Of a stretch of DNA of 64,000 bases, positions 38,185 through 48,555 are shown one piece after another (position 1 is the stretch's first letter; the number at the start of each line of letters is the position of its first letter). Source of the stretch: Chlamydia trachomatis (GTDB taxonomy: Bacteria > Chlamydiota > Chlamydiia > Chlamydiales > 2-12-FULL-49-11); contig CAMBZN010000009.1 of the NCBI GenBank assembly GCA_945872565.1, forward strand, positions 2,420 through 66,419, written 5' to 3'. Below the pieces are notes generated by a model. The model ran no database searches. It had not been told where the DNA came from and was given only the letters and a program-made list of their open reading frames with translations. Position numbers and translations under genes: made by a program.

Positions 38185-38676
38185 TTATGCGGAAAAATTG
38201 GTCCAAAATGTGTTTAAGATTTCTTCAACATGAAGTTTTTCGCCTGTTTCAAGAAAATAGGAGGTTGCGGGCTGGTCAACAAGACGTAATTGTTCTTCGG
38301 TTTGAAGTAAATTAAGACCAACTGAGGTAATAGCCATCCCATTTAAGATTTCTGAGATAATTCCGGCAAGTTTTTTCTCACCGATCATCAAGTCATTGGG
38401 GTATTTGATGGTTATAGGAAGGTTTAATGATTGTTTAAGTGCATTGGAAGCCTTAATTGATATTAAAGGGATTTGCTCCCTAGGTGGAGCTTTGTATACA
38501 AATGTTACAAGTAAGCAGGTAAGGGGGGGGGCAATCCAGGAGGTTCCCCTTCTGCCTATGCCACTTGTTTGATAATCTGCAGTGATTGCAGTTAAATGAA
38601 ATTCTTTTAAGCTTTCAAGATGTTGTTTTGCAAACAGGTGTGTGGAAGGGATTTGTTCAAAATGTATTCTTTTCAT
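38185..38676 (-). CDS. birA: biotin-protein ligase (minimal class I)
   Basis: PSTH, QTSGIGRRGTSW, IKYPNDL, KKLAGI, GLNL, ATS; start moved to MKRIHF. Confidence 0.92.
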   Translation of the reverse strand: MKRIHFEQIPSTHLFAKQHLESLKEFHLTAITADYQTSGIGRRGTSWIAPPLTCLLVTFVYKAPPREQIPLISIKASNALKQSLNLPITIKYPNDLMIGEKKLAGIISEILNGMAITSVGLNLLQTEEQLRLVDQPATSYFLETGEKLHVEEILNTFWTNFSA

Positions 38677-38705
38677 ATCGCAAATATGGTATATGATAAA
38701 AGGAT

Positions 38706-39833
38706 ATGTGGGAACCAAAATATTTACGTCGAATTGACCTTCGCTTGCTATTTGTCGTTTTTTTATTGATGTGTGCTAGTATTTTGGTGATTTTAGCAAC
38801 AACGCAGCCTGATCAGTCAGAGCTCATGGTATTTACCAATTTAGCAAAAAATCAAGTTCGTGCTTTTGCTTTGGGGTTGCTGATTTTTTTCTTTCTGGCC
38901 TGCTTTGACTATCGAAAATTGCGTGAATACACATGGTTTTTTTATGTTGGAACGGTGCTATTACTACTGGGTTTGTATTTTGTAGCACCCATTCATAATG
39001 TACGAAGGTGGTATAGACTCCCTTTTTTACCTTTTGATTTGCAGCCGTCGGAAATTGCAAAGCTTGTAGTTGTAATTACCCTCAGCTGGTATCTAGAGCG
39101 AAACATGGAAAGGGTGAAAAAAATCTCTGTTTTTTTGCAAGGTTCACTCATTGTCTTTATTCCCTTTGCATTGATTTTAAAGCAACCTGATTTAGGTACT
39201 GCCCTTGTACTTTGTCCTATTGCCCTTGCGATGTTTTATATAGGAGGGATTGATGGGAGAATTTTACGTGTTTGTACCATTTTAGGCTTGATTATTTTAT
39301 CTTTTGTCCTCTGTATTTTTATGGGGCTAGTTTCTCACGATCAAATGCGCCCTGTGTTTACAAAATTCATGAAAGAGTATCAATATGAGAGATTAAATCC
39401 TGATACATTTCACCAAAAAGCGGGCCAAACGGCAATCGGTCTAGGATATTATTTCGGAAGTGGTTTTTTAAAAAGTGAATATACCGGTAATAAATTCCTG
39501 CCCTATGGATATACCGATTCGGTTTTTCCTGCTTTTACCGAAGAATATGGCCTTGTAGGGGGGCTTTTTCTCTTGGCTCTTTTTTTTAGTTTAATTTATT
39601 TTAGTTTTCAGGTAACAGGAGTTGCAAGGGACTATTTTGGTCGGTTACTTGCCTCGGGCATTGCCATATATATTGCAATGCATGTGATTGTCAATATTGG
39701 CATGATGTGTGGCTTTTTACCAATTACTGGGGTGCCATTGATTTTAGTAACATATGGAGGATCTTCTGTAGTGGCAACATTTACAGCTCTTGGCCTTCTA
39801 CAGAGCATTTATGCAAGAAGGTTTACATTTTGA
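38706..39833 (+). CDS. rodA: rod shape-determining protein RodA (SEDS)
   Basis: RRW, QPSEIAK, KQPDLGT, TDSVF, PITGVPL..YGGSS. Confidence 0.93.
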   Translation: MWEPKYLRRIDLRLLFVVFLLMCASILVILATTQPDQSELMVFTNLAKNQVRAFALGLLIFFFLACFDYRKLREYTWFFYVGTVLLLLGLYFVAPIHNVRRWYRLPFLPFDLQPSEIAKLVVVITLSWYLERNMERVKKISVFLQGSLIVFIPFALILKQPDLGTALVLCPIALAMFYIGGIDGRILRVCTILGLIILSFVLCIFMGLVSHDQMRPVFTKFMKEYQYERLNPDTFHQKAGQTAIGLGYYFGSGFLKSEYTGNKFLPYGYTDSVFPAFTEEYGLVGGLFLLALFFSLIYFSFQVTGVARDYFGRLLASGIAIYIAMHVIVNIGMMCGFLPITGVPLILVTYGGSSVVATFTALGLLQSIYARRFTF

Positions 39834-40282
39834 GAGATTTAGAATTTTTTAGAAGAGAGGGATTTATCGGTGAAGGGAAAATCTCTATCGAGGAAGAGGA
39901 GGAGGACTTTGCTATGGTTATGAAAATTGCCATGAAAAATTTCGACCAAAGGAGCCCTATTATCGAATTTTCCACCTCTATTCATATGGATCAACCTGAA
40001 GAATGTATTGAAAACTATTATACACTAACAATGCACAGCCGAAATAAGTTTCATATTTTGATTGCAGGGGAGGAGTGGGGGCATGTCGAGGGCTCTGGAT
40101 TTATTAAGGATGGATTTATCGGATGGGAAGTGTCGAGTCCTGATGGGTTGTTTCATGCCTATGAGTCCATTGAGATGAAAGGGAGTAAAGATTTTATCTT
40201 TTTTGGAGAGTACGCAGCCAAGGAAGAGATGAGAACAAAGATTCAATGTCGCTTGGTTGCATATGAAAACAGCAACTCTTAA
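39830..40282 (+). CDS. conserved hypothetical protein
   Basis: TTG start overlapping the rodA stop (TTGA); beta-rich, GWE motif. Confidence 0.6.
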   Translation: MRDLEFFRREGFIGEGKISIEEEEEDFAMVMKIAMKNFDQRSPIIEFSTSIHMDQPEECIENYYTLTMHSRNKFHILIAGEEWGHVEGSGFIKDGFIGWEVSSPDGLFHAYESIEMKGSKDFIFFGEYAAKEEMRTKIQCRLVAYENSNS

Positions 40283-40598
40283 GATACTTTGCATCGTAGG
40301 ACTCTTTCTTTTTAGCTCTTGTGCCACACGTTCTGGTCGCGTTGTGACCATGAATAATTACTTAGAGGTTAACAACGGGGAGACAAGAGAGCAATTATTG
40401 CAAAAATTTGGAGAACCTGTTTCTATTGAAGTAAGTACTGATGGAACAGAGATTTTTACCTACATTGAACGTCTGTCGCTTAATGGTGAGGTGATGAAGT
40501 CAACAACCTATTACTTTATTTTAAAAAATGGGGTTGTTGTAGAAAAAACAGCTAAAGTTGTAGACCGTACCCAGTCAATAGATTCAAATCAAATGTAA
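40263..40598 (+). CDS. small lipoprotein, BamE/SmpA-like fold
   Basis: Lipobox FSSC, GETREQLLQKFGEP, YYFILKNGVV. Confidence 0.7.
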   Translation: MKTATLKILCIVGLFLFSSCATRSGRVVTMNNYLEVNNGETREQLLQKFGEPVSIEVSTDGTEIFTYIERLSLNGEVMKSTTYYFILKNGVVVEKTAKVVDRTQSIDSNQM

Positions 40599-40658
40599 TA
40601 TTTTCTTTGTATATAAGGCTTTGATTGATACAATACTTTTTTGAACAAAAGTGTGATC

Positions 40659-41477
40659 ATGAAGTATTGTCTCTTTTTACTGTGTTTTTATTCTCTATTT
40701 TCTCAAAGTATTGATGTTGTTATTCCTGTACATAAAAAGGACAAACCTACCCTGGAGATTGTAATTGCTTCCATTAGAAAGAACGTTGAAGGGGTTCGTC
40801 GAGTTATTGTAATTTCAAAAGAGAAATTTTCTGAAAATGCAGAATGGGTTGATGAAAGAGACTTTCCTTTTACCATCAAAGATGTTGCCGATCAAATCGG
40901 CGGTGGGGGAGGCATTGGAAAAAATGTTAGAAGAGGGTGGTATTATCAGCAATTATTAAAGTTATATGCACACGCAGTCATTGATGACCTGCTAGAAAAT
41001 ATCTTGATTTTTGATGCCGATACCATGGCTAATCACCAGATGAAATTCATTGAAGACGATGGATCTTTGTATATGGATGTTAGAAATTATGGCTCACCTT
41101 TTTTTACCTATTTTACTCATCTAAAAAAAATACTGCCCGACTTAAAAGATTTTAATCGATCGGTGAATCCAGTAGTGCATCATATGGTTTTCAATAAAGA
41201 GGTGATAGAGGACTTACTCACAACAGTGGAGATGCAATTTCAACGGCCATTTTGGAAAGTGTTTTGCAATATGGTTATTGCAGATAATAAAAAGCCCATC
41301 TATCTCTACCTTGGGGCCTCAGAATATACCATTTATTATCACTTTAGCATGAAATATCACAAAGAAAAATACACTGAAAGAAGAGTCGTAATGGATGATG
41401 ACGCTGCTTTATTTGCAGACTCTAACAATCACTTGTTTGATTTTTCAAGTGTTCATCAGTATGATCGTACTGAATAA
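40659..41477 (+). CDS. GT-A/family 2-like glycosyltransferase (DUF6492-like) with signal peptide
   Basis: IDVVIP, GWYYQQLLKL, DAD, HHM, ASEY. Confidence 0.8.
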   Translation: MKYCLFLLCFYSLFSQSIDVVIPVHKKDKPTLEIVIASIRKNVEGVRRVIVISKEKFSENAEWVDERDFPFTIKDVADQIGGGGGIGKNVRRGWYYQQLLKLYAHAVIDDLLENILIFDADTMANHQMKFIEDDGSLYMDVRNYGSPFFTYFTHLKKILPDLKDFNRSVNPVVHHMVFNKEVIEDLLTTVEMQFQRPFWKVFCNMVIADNKKPIYLYLGASEYTIYYHFSMKYHKEKYTERRVVMDDDAALFADSNNHLFDFSSVHQYDRTE

Positions 41478-41478
41478 A

Positions 41479-41557
41479 TAGACCTCTTGCGTGATTAGCT
41501 TTACTTGTTAAAAATCGATATTTTTAACAAGACAAATGCAATCGCGCAAGAGGTCTA
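41479..41557. mobile_element. 79-bp TA-flanked palindromic miniature element (MITE/RPE-like)
   Basis: Outer arms TAGACCTCTTGCGTGATT / AATCGCGCAAGAGGTCTA (17 of 18), plus an inner perfect 12-bp CTTGTTAAAAAT-CGAT-ATTTTTAACAAG. Confidence 0.65.
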
Positions 41558-41592
41558 ATAAGATAAATTTGACATTAAGATTGATGATGATC

Positions 41593-42684
41593 CTAATTCA
41601 TAGGGAGTAATCTTGAAAAAACTTCCTTCCATTTTTCTAGAGACCGTTGTTTATGGTCGCGGTGAAAGGTGGAAATCAACGCTTTTTTAGCCTGAAAGTC
41701 AGTAGTTTCTAGTAGATGGGGGATTTCCTCATAAGAGTCAAAGAATACAAATAAGGGAACAAGGTCCTCTCTATACCACTCACAATGATCAAATATTTCA
41801 TGGATTGGAAGGTTATTTCTAGGATTTGTAGATTTTGTCCAATCGATAAAGGAGAAGGTTTTCTTGTATTGGCTTGCATAGAATTGCTTGGATGGGATGA
41901 AGTGTACGATCCCTTCGCTTAAATTTTCCCATAAGAAGAAGTTGCTCATTACTAAGGGCAGATGTACCATCGCTTTGAAATCCTTTATATCCAAAGCGCC
42001 ATCAAATGGCCCGCTATAGTTTTTTACCTTTAGAGCGGTTAGTCGTTTGGATAGGCCTACATTATTTTCATTATAATATTCTCTGATAAAAACAGTGGTT
42101 TGTTTGTCTATGCGTGCTGGTACACTCTTATAAATACCTTTATGAGAGTTGTTTAGGCCAATTGGAGAAATTGTTTGAGAGATTGCAAAGATATTTTTGT
42201 GTTTTTCCGCATAGTACTGTTCATAAGGGGTGAAGCCGATTACTTCGACATTTGGCATATTATTTGTTGATTTAAACAGTTGGTGGTAAGGGTCATCGGG
42301 AAAGACCTTATTGCCTGAGCGGTGAACATTAATGTCAAAGCGATTGCATACCCATATTAATAGAGGCTTTTCCCAGTGATTTTGTAGAAATATTCGAGAG
42401 AGCGGGGCAATGTCTGATGTGATGATCATGTCATATGCATCAAAAGTGTTCTTGTGTAGTTTATAAATCTGTGATGCTTTATCTTTTGAAAAAATGTAGG
42501 GGGTAGTGTCTTTAAGTCCGGTGAGAAAATGATTAGGCAGTGAGGGAAGTAACCAGGTATCTAATTCGATTGCAAAGTGATTGCATACAGCGCTTATTTC
42601 TCCTGCACAGCCAGCATGAAAAGTGATGTGTAAAGCTTTTTGGCTTGCAAAGAGTAATAGGGGAAAAAAGAGAAATTTGATCAT
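41593..42684 (-). CDS. hypothetical exported protein, glycosyltransferase-like (GT-B?)
   Basis: Signal peptide; ITSDIAPLSRIFLQ, IWVCNRFD, HLP..MSN, FIPS, FDS motifs. Confidence 0.6.
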   Translation of the reverse strand: MIKFLFFPLLLFASQKALHITFHAGCAGEISAVCNHFAIELDTWLLPSLPNHFLTGLKDTTPYIFSKDKASQIYKLHKNTFDAYDMIITSDIAPLSRIFLQNHWEKPLLIWVCNRFDINVHRSGNKVFPDDPYHQLFKSTNNMPNVEVIGFTPYEQYYAEKHKNIFAISQTISPIGLNNSHKGIYKSVPARIDKQTTVFIREYYNENNVGLSKRLTALKVKNYSGPFDGALDIKDFKAMVHLPLVMSNFFLWENLSEGIVHFIPSKQFYASQYKKTFSFIDWTKSTNPRNNLPIHEIFDHCEWYREDLVPLFVFFDSYEEIPHLLETTDFQAKKALISTFHRDHKQRSLEKWKEVFSRLLPMN

Positions 42685-42687
42685 ATG

Positions 42688-42720
42688 AAAATTCGCTCCA
42701 ATAGCAGCTAAAGGAGCGAA
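42688..42720 (-). terminator. terminator after rpsJ
   Basis: TTCGCTCC...GGAGCGAA stem followed by U-run on the minus strand. Confidence 0.65.
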
Positions 42721-42726
42721 AAGGGG

Positions 42727-43050
42727 TTACACAGCTGAAGTGATAGCGATATCTACACCACTTGCAAGAGAATGCTTGCGAAGTCTTTCTACAGTATCTG
42801 AAGTAGGACTTTGGATATCAATCATACGCTTATGTGTGCGCATTTCAAACTGATCACGAGACTTCTTATCAATATGAGGAGAGCTAAGAACAGTTTGCTT
42901 CTCTATTTTTGTTGGTAGAGGAATTGGTCCAACGACCACTGCCCCAGATCTTCTTGCGATTTCAGCAATTTCTACCGCTGCGCTGTCTACGATCTTGTGA
43001 TCATAGCCTTTTAGACGGATTCTTATTCTTTGTTTTTTAGGCGGTGCCAT
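42727..43050 (-). CDS. rpsJ: 30S ribosomal protein S10
   Basis: [36 protein letters not shown]. Confidence 0.98.
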   Translation of the reverse strand: MAPPKKQRIRIRLKGYDHKIVDSAAVEIAEIARRSGAVVVGPIPLPTKIEKQTVLSSPHIDKKSRDQFEMRTHKRMIDIQSPTSDTVERLRKHSLASGVDIAITSAV

Positions 43051-43064
43051 ATTTAGGTTGCTCC

Positions 43065-45155
43065 TTACTTCGGTTTAACTATTTTTTCTTGTATAGCTTT
43101 TGGAACTTTTTCAAAGTGACTAGGCTCCATGGTGAATTCACCCCTTCCTGATGTGATCGATCTAATATCTGTTGAATATCCAAACATTTGTGATAAAGGC
43201 ACTTCAGACTCAATTTCTGCAGAAGATCCTGTTTGAGATTGGTTGAGGATTTTACCTCTTCGTCTGTTTAAATCGCCAATTAGGTCACCAAGAGATGCCT
43301 CTGGGGATCGTACACAAACTTTCATGATTGGTTCTAAGATAATAGGGCTGCATTTTTTTACAGCTTCACGTAGAGCCATGGAAGAGCAGATTTTAAATGC
43401 CATTTCGCTTGAGTCTACTTCATGGTAAGATCCGAAAATGATACTTACTTTTGTATCTACAAGGGGGTATCCAGCAAGAACACCAGATTTTAATGCTTCT
43501 TGGATCCCTTTAATACAAGCTGGTATGTATTCTTTAGGGATAGAACCACCAACAACTTTGCTGACAATTTCGTTACCTTTTCCAGTTTCATTTGGTTCCA
43601 CTTCGATAACTACGTGTGCATATTGTCCACGACCGCCAGATTGTTTGATGTATTTATTTTCATGTTTTGTTCCGCCAGTGATTGCTTCTCTGTAAGAAAC
43701 TTCTGGAGCACCAACGTTTGCCTCTACTTTAAATTCACGAATCATACGATCTCTTAAGACGTCAAGGTGGAGCTCTCCCATTCCAGCAATAATTGTTTGA
43801 CCTGTTTCTTCATCTGTAGATACTCTAAATGTAGGATCCTCTTCTGAAAGTGCTGTTAAAGCAACTGATAGTTTCTCTCTGTCTGGTTTTGATTTTGGCT
43901 CAATAGCCATTGAGATAACAGGTTCAGGAAAGCTCATTTTTTCAAGAATTAAGACAAAATCTTCTAGGCAAAGTGTATCACCAGTTGTAGAATTTTTTAG
44001 TCCAATTACAGCAAAGATGTCTCCAGTATGAAATTCATCTCTATCAAAGCGGTTGTTTGCATGCATTTCAAGGAGTCTTGAAACTCGTTCTTTTTTTCCT
44101 TTTGTAGAATTGTACAGTGGTGTTCCTTTTTTCAAAGTTCCAGAATAGATTCTAACAAAAGTTAATCGGCCTACGTACGGGTCGGTCATTACTTTAAAAG
44201 CAAGCATGGCAAGAGGTTGGTCATCTTTTGGTAGTACTGTAAATTCATTTTCGCCGTCTTCATCAAATGCTTTGATAGCACCCCTATCAATAGGAGAGGG
44301 TAGCCAAGCAACAACTTTATCAAGAAGGAGCTGTATGCCTTTGTTTTTAAACGCTGTACCACAAAGAACTGGAAAGAGTTTGTTTTTACAAACACTGCTT
44401 CTGATAGAGGCGTTGATTTCGTCTGTAGTTAATGTTTCAGGAGCTTCTAACACCTTTGTCATAAACTCTTCATTGGTATCATCAAGTGTTGCAAGTTCTT
44501 CAAGCAAAGCAGCCCGTAATTGCTGCGCTTTTTCTAAAAGTTCTTCAGGAATTTCAATGGTTGTGTAGTTATCACCGATTTTTTCAGATTTGTAGATGTA
44601 AGCTTTCATGTTTACAATATCAACTACTCCTTCGAATTCACCTTCAAAGCCGATAGGGATGTGTATTGCAACTGCATTTGCTCCGAGTTTGTCTCTCATT
44701 GTAGCGATGCACATGTCATAATCGGCACCCACTCTGTCCATTTTGTTGATGAAAGCAATTCTAGGAACGTTGTAACGGGTTGCTTGTCTCCAAACAGTTT
44801 CTGATTGAGGTTGAACTCCATCAACAGCACTAAATACAGCAACAGCACCATCAAGAACTCGAAGGGATCGCTCTACTTCAATTGTAAAGTCAACGTGTCC
44901 TGGTGTGTCGATGATGTTAACTTTGTTATCGCCCCAATATACTGTTGTGCAAGCGGAGGTGATGGTAATACCGCGTTCTTGCTCCTGAACCATCCAGTCC
45001 ATAGTAGCAGCGCCTTCATGTACTTCACCAATTTTGTGCTCTTTTCCTGAATAAAATAGGATTCGCTCTGTAACTGTTGTTTTTCCAGCATCAATGTGAG
45101 CCATGATTCCAATGTTTCTTACATTGTCTAAACGGTCTTTTTCACCTCTTGTCAT
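43065..45155 (-). CDS. fusA: elongation factor G
   Basis: [42 protein letters not shown]; start set at MTRGEK after GAGGGAG. Confidence 0.99.
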   Translation of the reverse strand: MTRGEKDRLDNVRNIGIMAHIDAGKTTVTERILFYSGKEHKIGEVHEGAATMDWMVQEQERGITITSACTTVYWGDNKVNIIDTPGHVDFTIEVERSLRVLDGAVAVFSAVDGVQPQSETVWRQATRYNVPRIAFINKMDRVGADYDMCIATMRDKLGANAVAIHIPIGFEGEFEGVVDIVNMKAYIYKSEKIGDNYTTIEIPEELLEKAQQLRAALLEELATLDDTNEEFMTKVLEAPETLTTDEINASIRSSVCKNKLFPVLCGTAFKNKGIQLLLDKVVAWLPSPIDRGAIKAFDEDGENEFTVLPKDDQPLAMLAFKVMTDPYVGRLTFVRIYSGTLKKGTPLYNSTKGKKERVSRLLEMHANNRFDRDEFHTGDIFAVIGLKNSTTGDTLCLEDFVLILEKMSFPEPVISMAIEPKSKPDREKLSVALTALSEEDPTFRVSTDEETGQTIIAGMGELHLDVLRDRMIREFKVEANVGAPEVSYREAITGGTKHENKYIKQSGGRGQYAHVVIEVEPNETGKGNEIVSKVVGGSIPKEYIPACIKGIQEALKSGVLAGYPLVDTKVSIIFGSYHEVDSSEMAFKICSSMALREAVKKCSPIILEPIMKVCVRSPEASLGDLIGDLNRRRGKILNQSQTGSSAEIESEVPLSQMFGYSTDIRSITSGRGEFTMEPSHFEKVPKAIQEKIVKPK

Positions 45156-45335
45156 CTTTCTCCCTCTTTCATTTTCTCTATTCAAATTCGTCTTTGCGAT
45201 GAATAGACCTTTGTTTTATAGCAACAGCTACTTACATTAAATCCTGTTCTAATGATGTTTGTGCATCACGATCTGCAAATTTTGCAGAATTAGGCGTATT
45301 AGCAGCCATTACTGGATGCTTACACGCTTAATTAT

Positions 45336-45812
45336 TTACCATTTGTAATGAGCAAAAGCTTTGTTAGCCTCTGCCATTCTGTGTACTTCGTCACGTTTTT
45401 TAACGCTAGAGCCTTGGCTGTTGTAGCAATCCTGAAGCTCTTGAGCAAGACCATCAATCATCGATCTGCCAGCTTTTGCTTTTGCATAACCAATGACCCA
45501 TTTCATTGCCAAAGACAATTTTCTTCCTGGGTTGATTTCAATAGGAACTTGGTAAGTTGCTCCACCAATTCTTCTTGATTTAACTTCAACGTGAGGGGTT
45601 GCGTTTTCTATTGCTTTTAAGAAAGCATCTAATTCATTACCTTGCGCATTCACTCTGTTGCTAAATTTATCAATAGCTCCGTATACGATCTTCATTGCTA
45701 AAGATTTTTTCCCGTCGATCATTACTTTACGGATAAATTTTGTTACTTCCGTATTGCCATACTTGTGATCGGGTTCTACGGGTCTTTTTTCAGCTTTTCT
45801 TCTTCTTGACAT
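45336..45812 (-). CDS. rpsG: 30S ribosomal protein S7
   Basis: EVKSRRIGGATYQVP, MAEANKAFAHY. Confidence 0.99.
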   Translation of the reverse strand: MSRRRKAEKRPVEPDHKYGNTEVTKFIRKVMIDGKKSLAMKIVYGAIDKFSNRVNAQGNELDAFLKAIENATPHVEVKSRRIGGATYQVPIEINPGRKLSLAMKWVIGYAKAKAGRSMIDGLAQELQDCYNSQGSSVKKRDEVHRMAEANKAFAHYKW

Positions 45813-45845
45813 AGTTATTCCTTACGCCTACCAAATGGGTAGAAC

Positions 45846-46217
45846 TTATTTTCCTTTTTTAGCTCCGTATTTTGAACGACCTTGCTTTCTGTCTTTTACA
45901 GCAGCGCAATCAAGTGTTCCTCTAATAATGTGGTATCTAACCCCAGGAAGGTCAGCCACTTTGCCGCCCCTTATAAGAACCATTGAGTGCTCTTGCAGGT
46001 TATGTCCCTCGCCGGGAATGTAAGCAGATACTTCAATTCCGTTTGAAAGTTTCACTCTTGCTACTTTTCTTAGCGCTGAGTTAGGCTTTTTCGGAGTCAT
46101 TGTTTTTACCTGAACGCACACGCCCCTTCTTTGAGGACATCTTTTCAATGCTTGAGATTTAGATTTTACCTTAGACTTTGTTCTAGGGTTTCGGATCAGT
46201 TGATTTAACGTAGGCAT
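45846..46217 (-). CDS. rpsL: 30S ribosomal protein S12
   Basis: [26 protein letters not shown]. Confidence 0.99.
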   Translation of the reverse strand: MPTLNQLIRNPRTKSKVKSKSQALKRCPQRRGVCVQVKTMTPKKPNSALRKVARVKLSNGIEVSAYIPGEGHNLQEHSMVLIRGGKVADLPGVRYHIIRGTLDCAAVKDRKQGRSKYGAKKGK

Positions 46218-46398
46218 AAAGGCCTATCTCCTTATTTATATTCAAAAATTTACAAAGCAATATACCAAATGGCTGCTATTATTGCAAATTAAATAGTAAA
46301 AAAAAGGAGTTTTTCTTACATCGCCCAGAGAAATGAGTAGAATCTTGTCGTCATTAAAAAATATATTTGATAGTGTCCGGCTTTATAGGGGGAAAGGA

Positions 46399-48273
46399 AT
46401 GAGGAAGTTTTTTTATGTTTTGGTCGCTGGGTCATCACTTTTTGCTAAACATCATGATTTTAATGATGTAAAAACGATCAATGCTAAATTGTTTTCTTAT
46501 CATGTGATATTTGATGGGTATAATGAGATGCTGGCAGAGCGGTCGGTAAATAAAATTTTACTCTCTTTTGATCCAGTAGATCTTTATTTTTTGGAGTCAG
46601 AGAAAAGCACTTTTCAGAGTTCATCAAAAGTCATGGTTGAAGAGTATAATAATGGGACTTTTACAACCTATTTAAAGATGCAGGAAACTTTTGGAGCATC
46701 TGTAAAAAGGTGTAGACGAATTAGATCAGAGGTTCGGTCAGATTTCATTTATGATAAAATTGATTTCAATGGGCAATTGATGAGAACCTCAAACGGAGCC
46801 CCCCAATCAGAGTTAGAGCAAAAGAAGAACATAAAAGCGTACATGGCAAGTCACTTGCGCGCCTATGCTGCAAGTCGTGGATTGCAAACATTGGATCAAA
46901 AGGACAAAATACGTGTTTTGGATTATTATGAAAGGAGGATGCAAGCTCATGAGGAGCGATTTCTTTCTAAGGAAACTTACCCATTGGTTGTTTCTAAAAT
47001 GATAGCATCAAGCTTGGATGCGCATTCAATGGTTTATGGCGAAGAAGAAATTTCAAATATTAACTCCCATTTAAAAAGTAAATTCGAAGGGATTGGTGTG
47101 TACATTGGGGATGGAATAGATGGACCTGTGATCACAGGTTGTGTAAAGGGTGGACCTGCTGAAAGATCTACTGTGATTCAACCAGGGGATAGAATTACTT
47201 ATGTCAATGGGGTAAATGCAAGGGAGGTCTCTTTTGCTAAGGTGATGAACTTGCTGTCGGTAAAAGATGGGGCCCAGATTGTTTTGCATGTAGAGTCTGT
47301 AGACGGAAAGCAAAAAATGGTCAAGCTTACAGGTGAAAAGATCACGATGAAAAAGGATAAGATTGTCATTGAAACAGAAAGTTTTCTTGATGGGCACATT
47401 GCAAAACTTTCGGTTGATACGTTTTACAATGATTTTGAAGGCAATGATATGTCAGGGGATTTGAAGAATGTGATCTTGGAGCTAAAAAGACAAAAGCCTC
47501 TGTATGGGGTGATTATTGATATGAGGAAAAACTTAGGGGGCTTTTTTAAAGAGGCTGTCAAATCAATTGCCCTATTTTCTCCTCAAAAAACGGTTGTTGT
47601 TGCAAAATTTCGTGATGATCAGGTGAGGTATTCAACAGAATTCAATCTTCAAGTAGCCTACTGTGGTCCTATTGTCATTTTGACTTCCAAATATTCGGCC
47701 TCTGCAGCTGAAATTCTAGCCCAATCTCTTCAGGATGTAGGAATTGCAATCATTGCCGGGGATGAGTCCTCTTTTGGTAAAGGGAGCATCCAGTTTCAAA
47801 CTATTACCGATCCAAATAGTGAGCATAAATATAAAGTGACTGTGGGTAAATACTACACGATCTCTGGAGCTTCAACTCAATTAAAGGGGGTTTGTGCCGA
47901 TATTTTAGTCCCTTCTATCTATTCAAAAAGAAAAATTGGAGAAAAATACTTAACCTATGCCCTCCCCTCTGGGGATTTGAATAAGGGATTAAGTCATCAT
48001 CCAGAAGTACGGGACATTTTTGAATATCAGTCTAGCCGTAAAAAAACTGCCTACGAGATTATGAAGCCGCACTTGAAAAAAAATAGTGAGCTTAGAGTCA
48101 AAAATAATAAGAATTACCAAGCTTTTTTAAAGAGCTTGGATGAGAAAAATCTTAATGAAAGTTTGAGCGATCAGGAAAAAAGGAAGGGTAAATATGGGAC
48201 AAATGATCTTCAGATGACTGAGGCAACCTGTATCATCAAAGACATGCATTCCATTCTCAAAAGCTATGAGTGA
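46399..48273 (+). CDS. tsp: tail-specific (S41) protease with PDZ domain
   Basis: LDAHS, FEGIG, GGPA, DMRKNLGG, SASAAEI, FGKGSIQ; divergent from rpsL as in chlamydiae. Confidence 0.9.
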   Translation: MRKFFYVLVAGSSLFAKHHDFNDVKTINAKLFSYHVIFDGYNEMLAERSVNKILLSFDPVDLYFLESEKSTFQSSSKVMVEEYNNGTFTTYLKMQETFGASVKRCRRIRSEVRSDFIYDKIDFNGQLMRTSNGAPQSELEQKKNIKAYMASHLRAYAASRGLQTLDQKDKIRVLDYYERRMQAHEERFLSKETYPLVVSKMIASSLDAHSMVYGEEEISNINSHLKSKFEGIGVYIGDGIDGPVITGCVKGGPAERSTVIQPGDRITYVNGVNAREVSFAKVMNLLSVKDGAQIVLHVESVDGKQKMVKLTGEKITMKKDKIVIETESFLDGHIAKLSVDTFYNDFEGNDMSGDLKNVILELKRQKPLYGVIIDMRKNLGGFFKEAVKSIALFSPQKTVVVAKFRDDQVRYSTEFNLQVAYCGPIVILTSKYSASAAEILAQSLQDVGIAIIAGDESSFGKGSIQFQTITDPNSEHKYKVTVGKYYTISGASTQLKGVCADILVPSIYSKRKIGEKYLTYALPSGDLNKGLSHHPEVRDIFEYQSSRKKTAYEIMKPHLKKNSELRVKNNKNYQAFLKSLDEKNLNESLSDQEKRKGKYGTNDLQMTEATCIIKDMHSILKSYE

Positions 48274-48379
48274 ATCAAGAGATAGAAAATTTGTTGGCAT
48301 AAATTACAACTGTTTGCTATAGTTTACAGTATCTTCTTTTTTTAGAAGAATGGAGAGGTCTAATTTTGACTTCTTCATC

Positions 48380-48452
<73 letters not shown>

Positions 48453-48555
48453 ATTTTTCAAATCGGAAATTTAAAATAAAAAAATACATAATTCCGATTC
48501 AAAAAGATATTGTTTGTATCCTTAATTTTACCAAGCTATATTTATTTTACTTTTT

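Noticed and set aside
38523-38531. G9 homopolymer in birA as a phase-variation tract
   Set aside because: The gene is in frame and probably essential; the tract encodes Ala-Pro-Pro where a W-x-x-P motif is expected.
42727-46217. tuf missing from the str operon
   Set aside because: rpsL-rpsG-fusA-rpsJ is the normal chlamydial arrangement.
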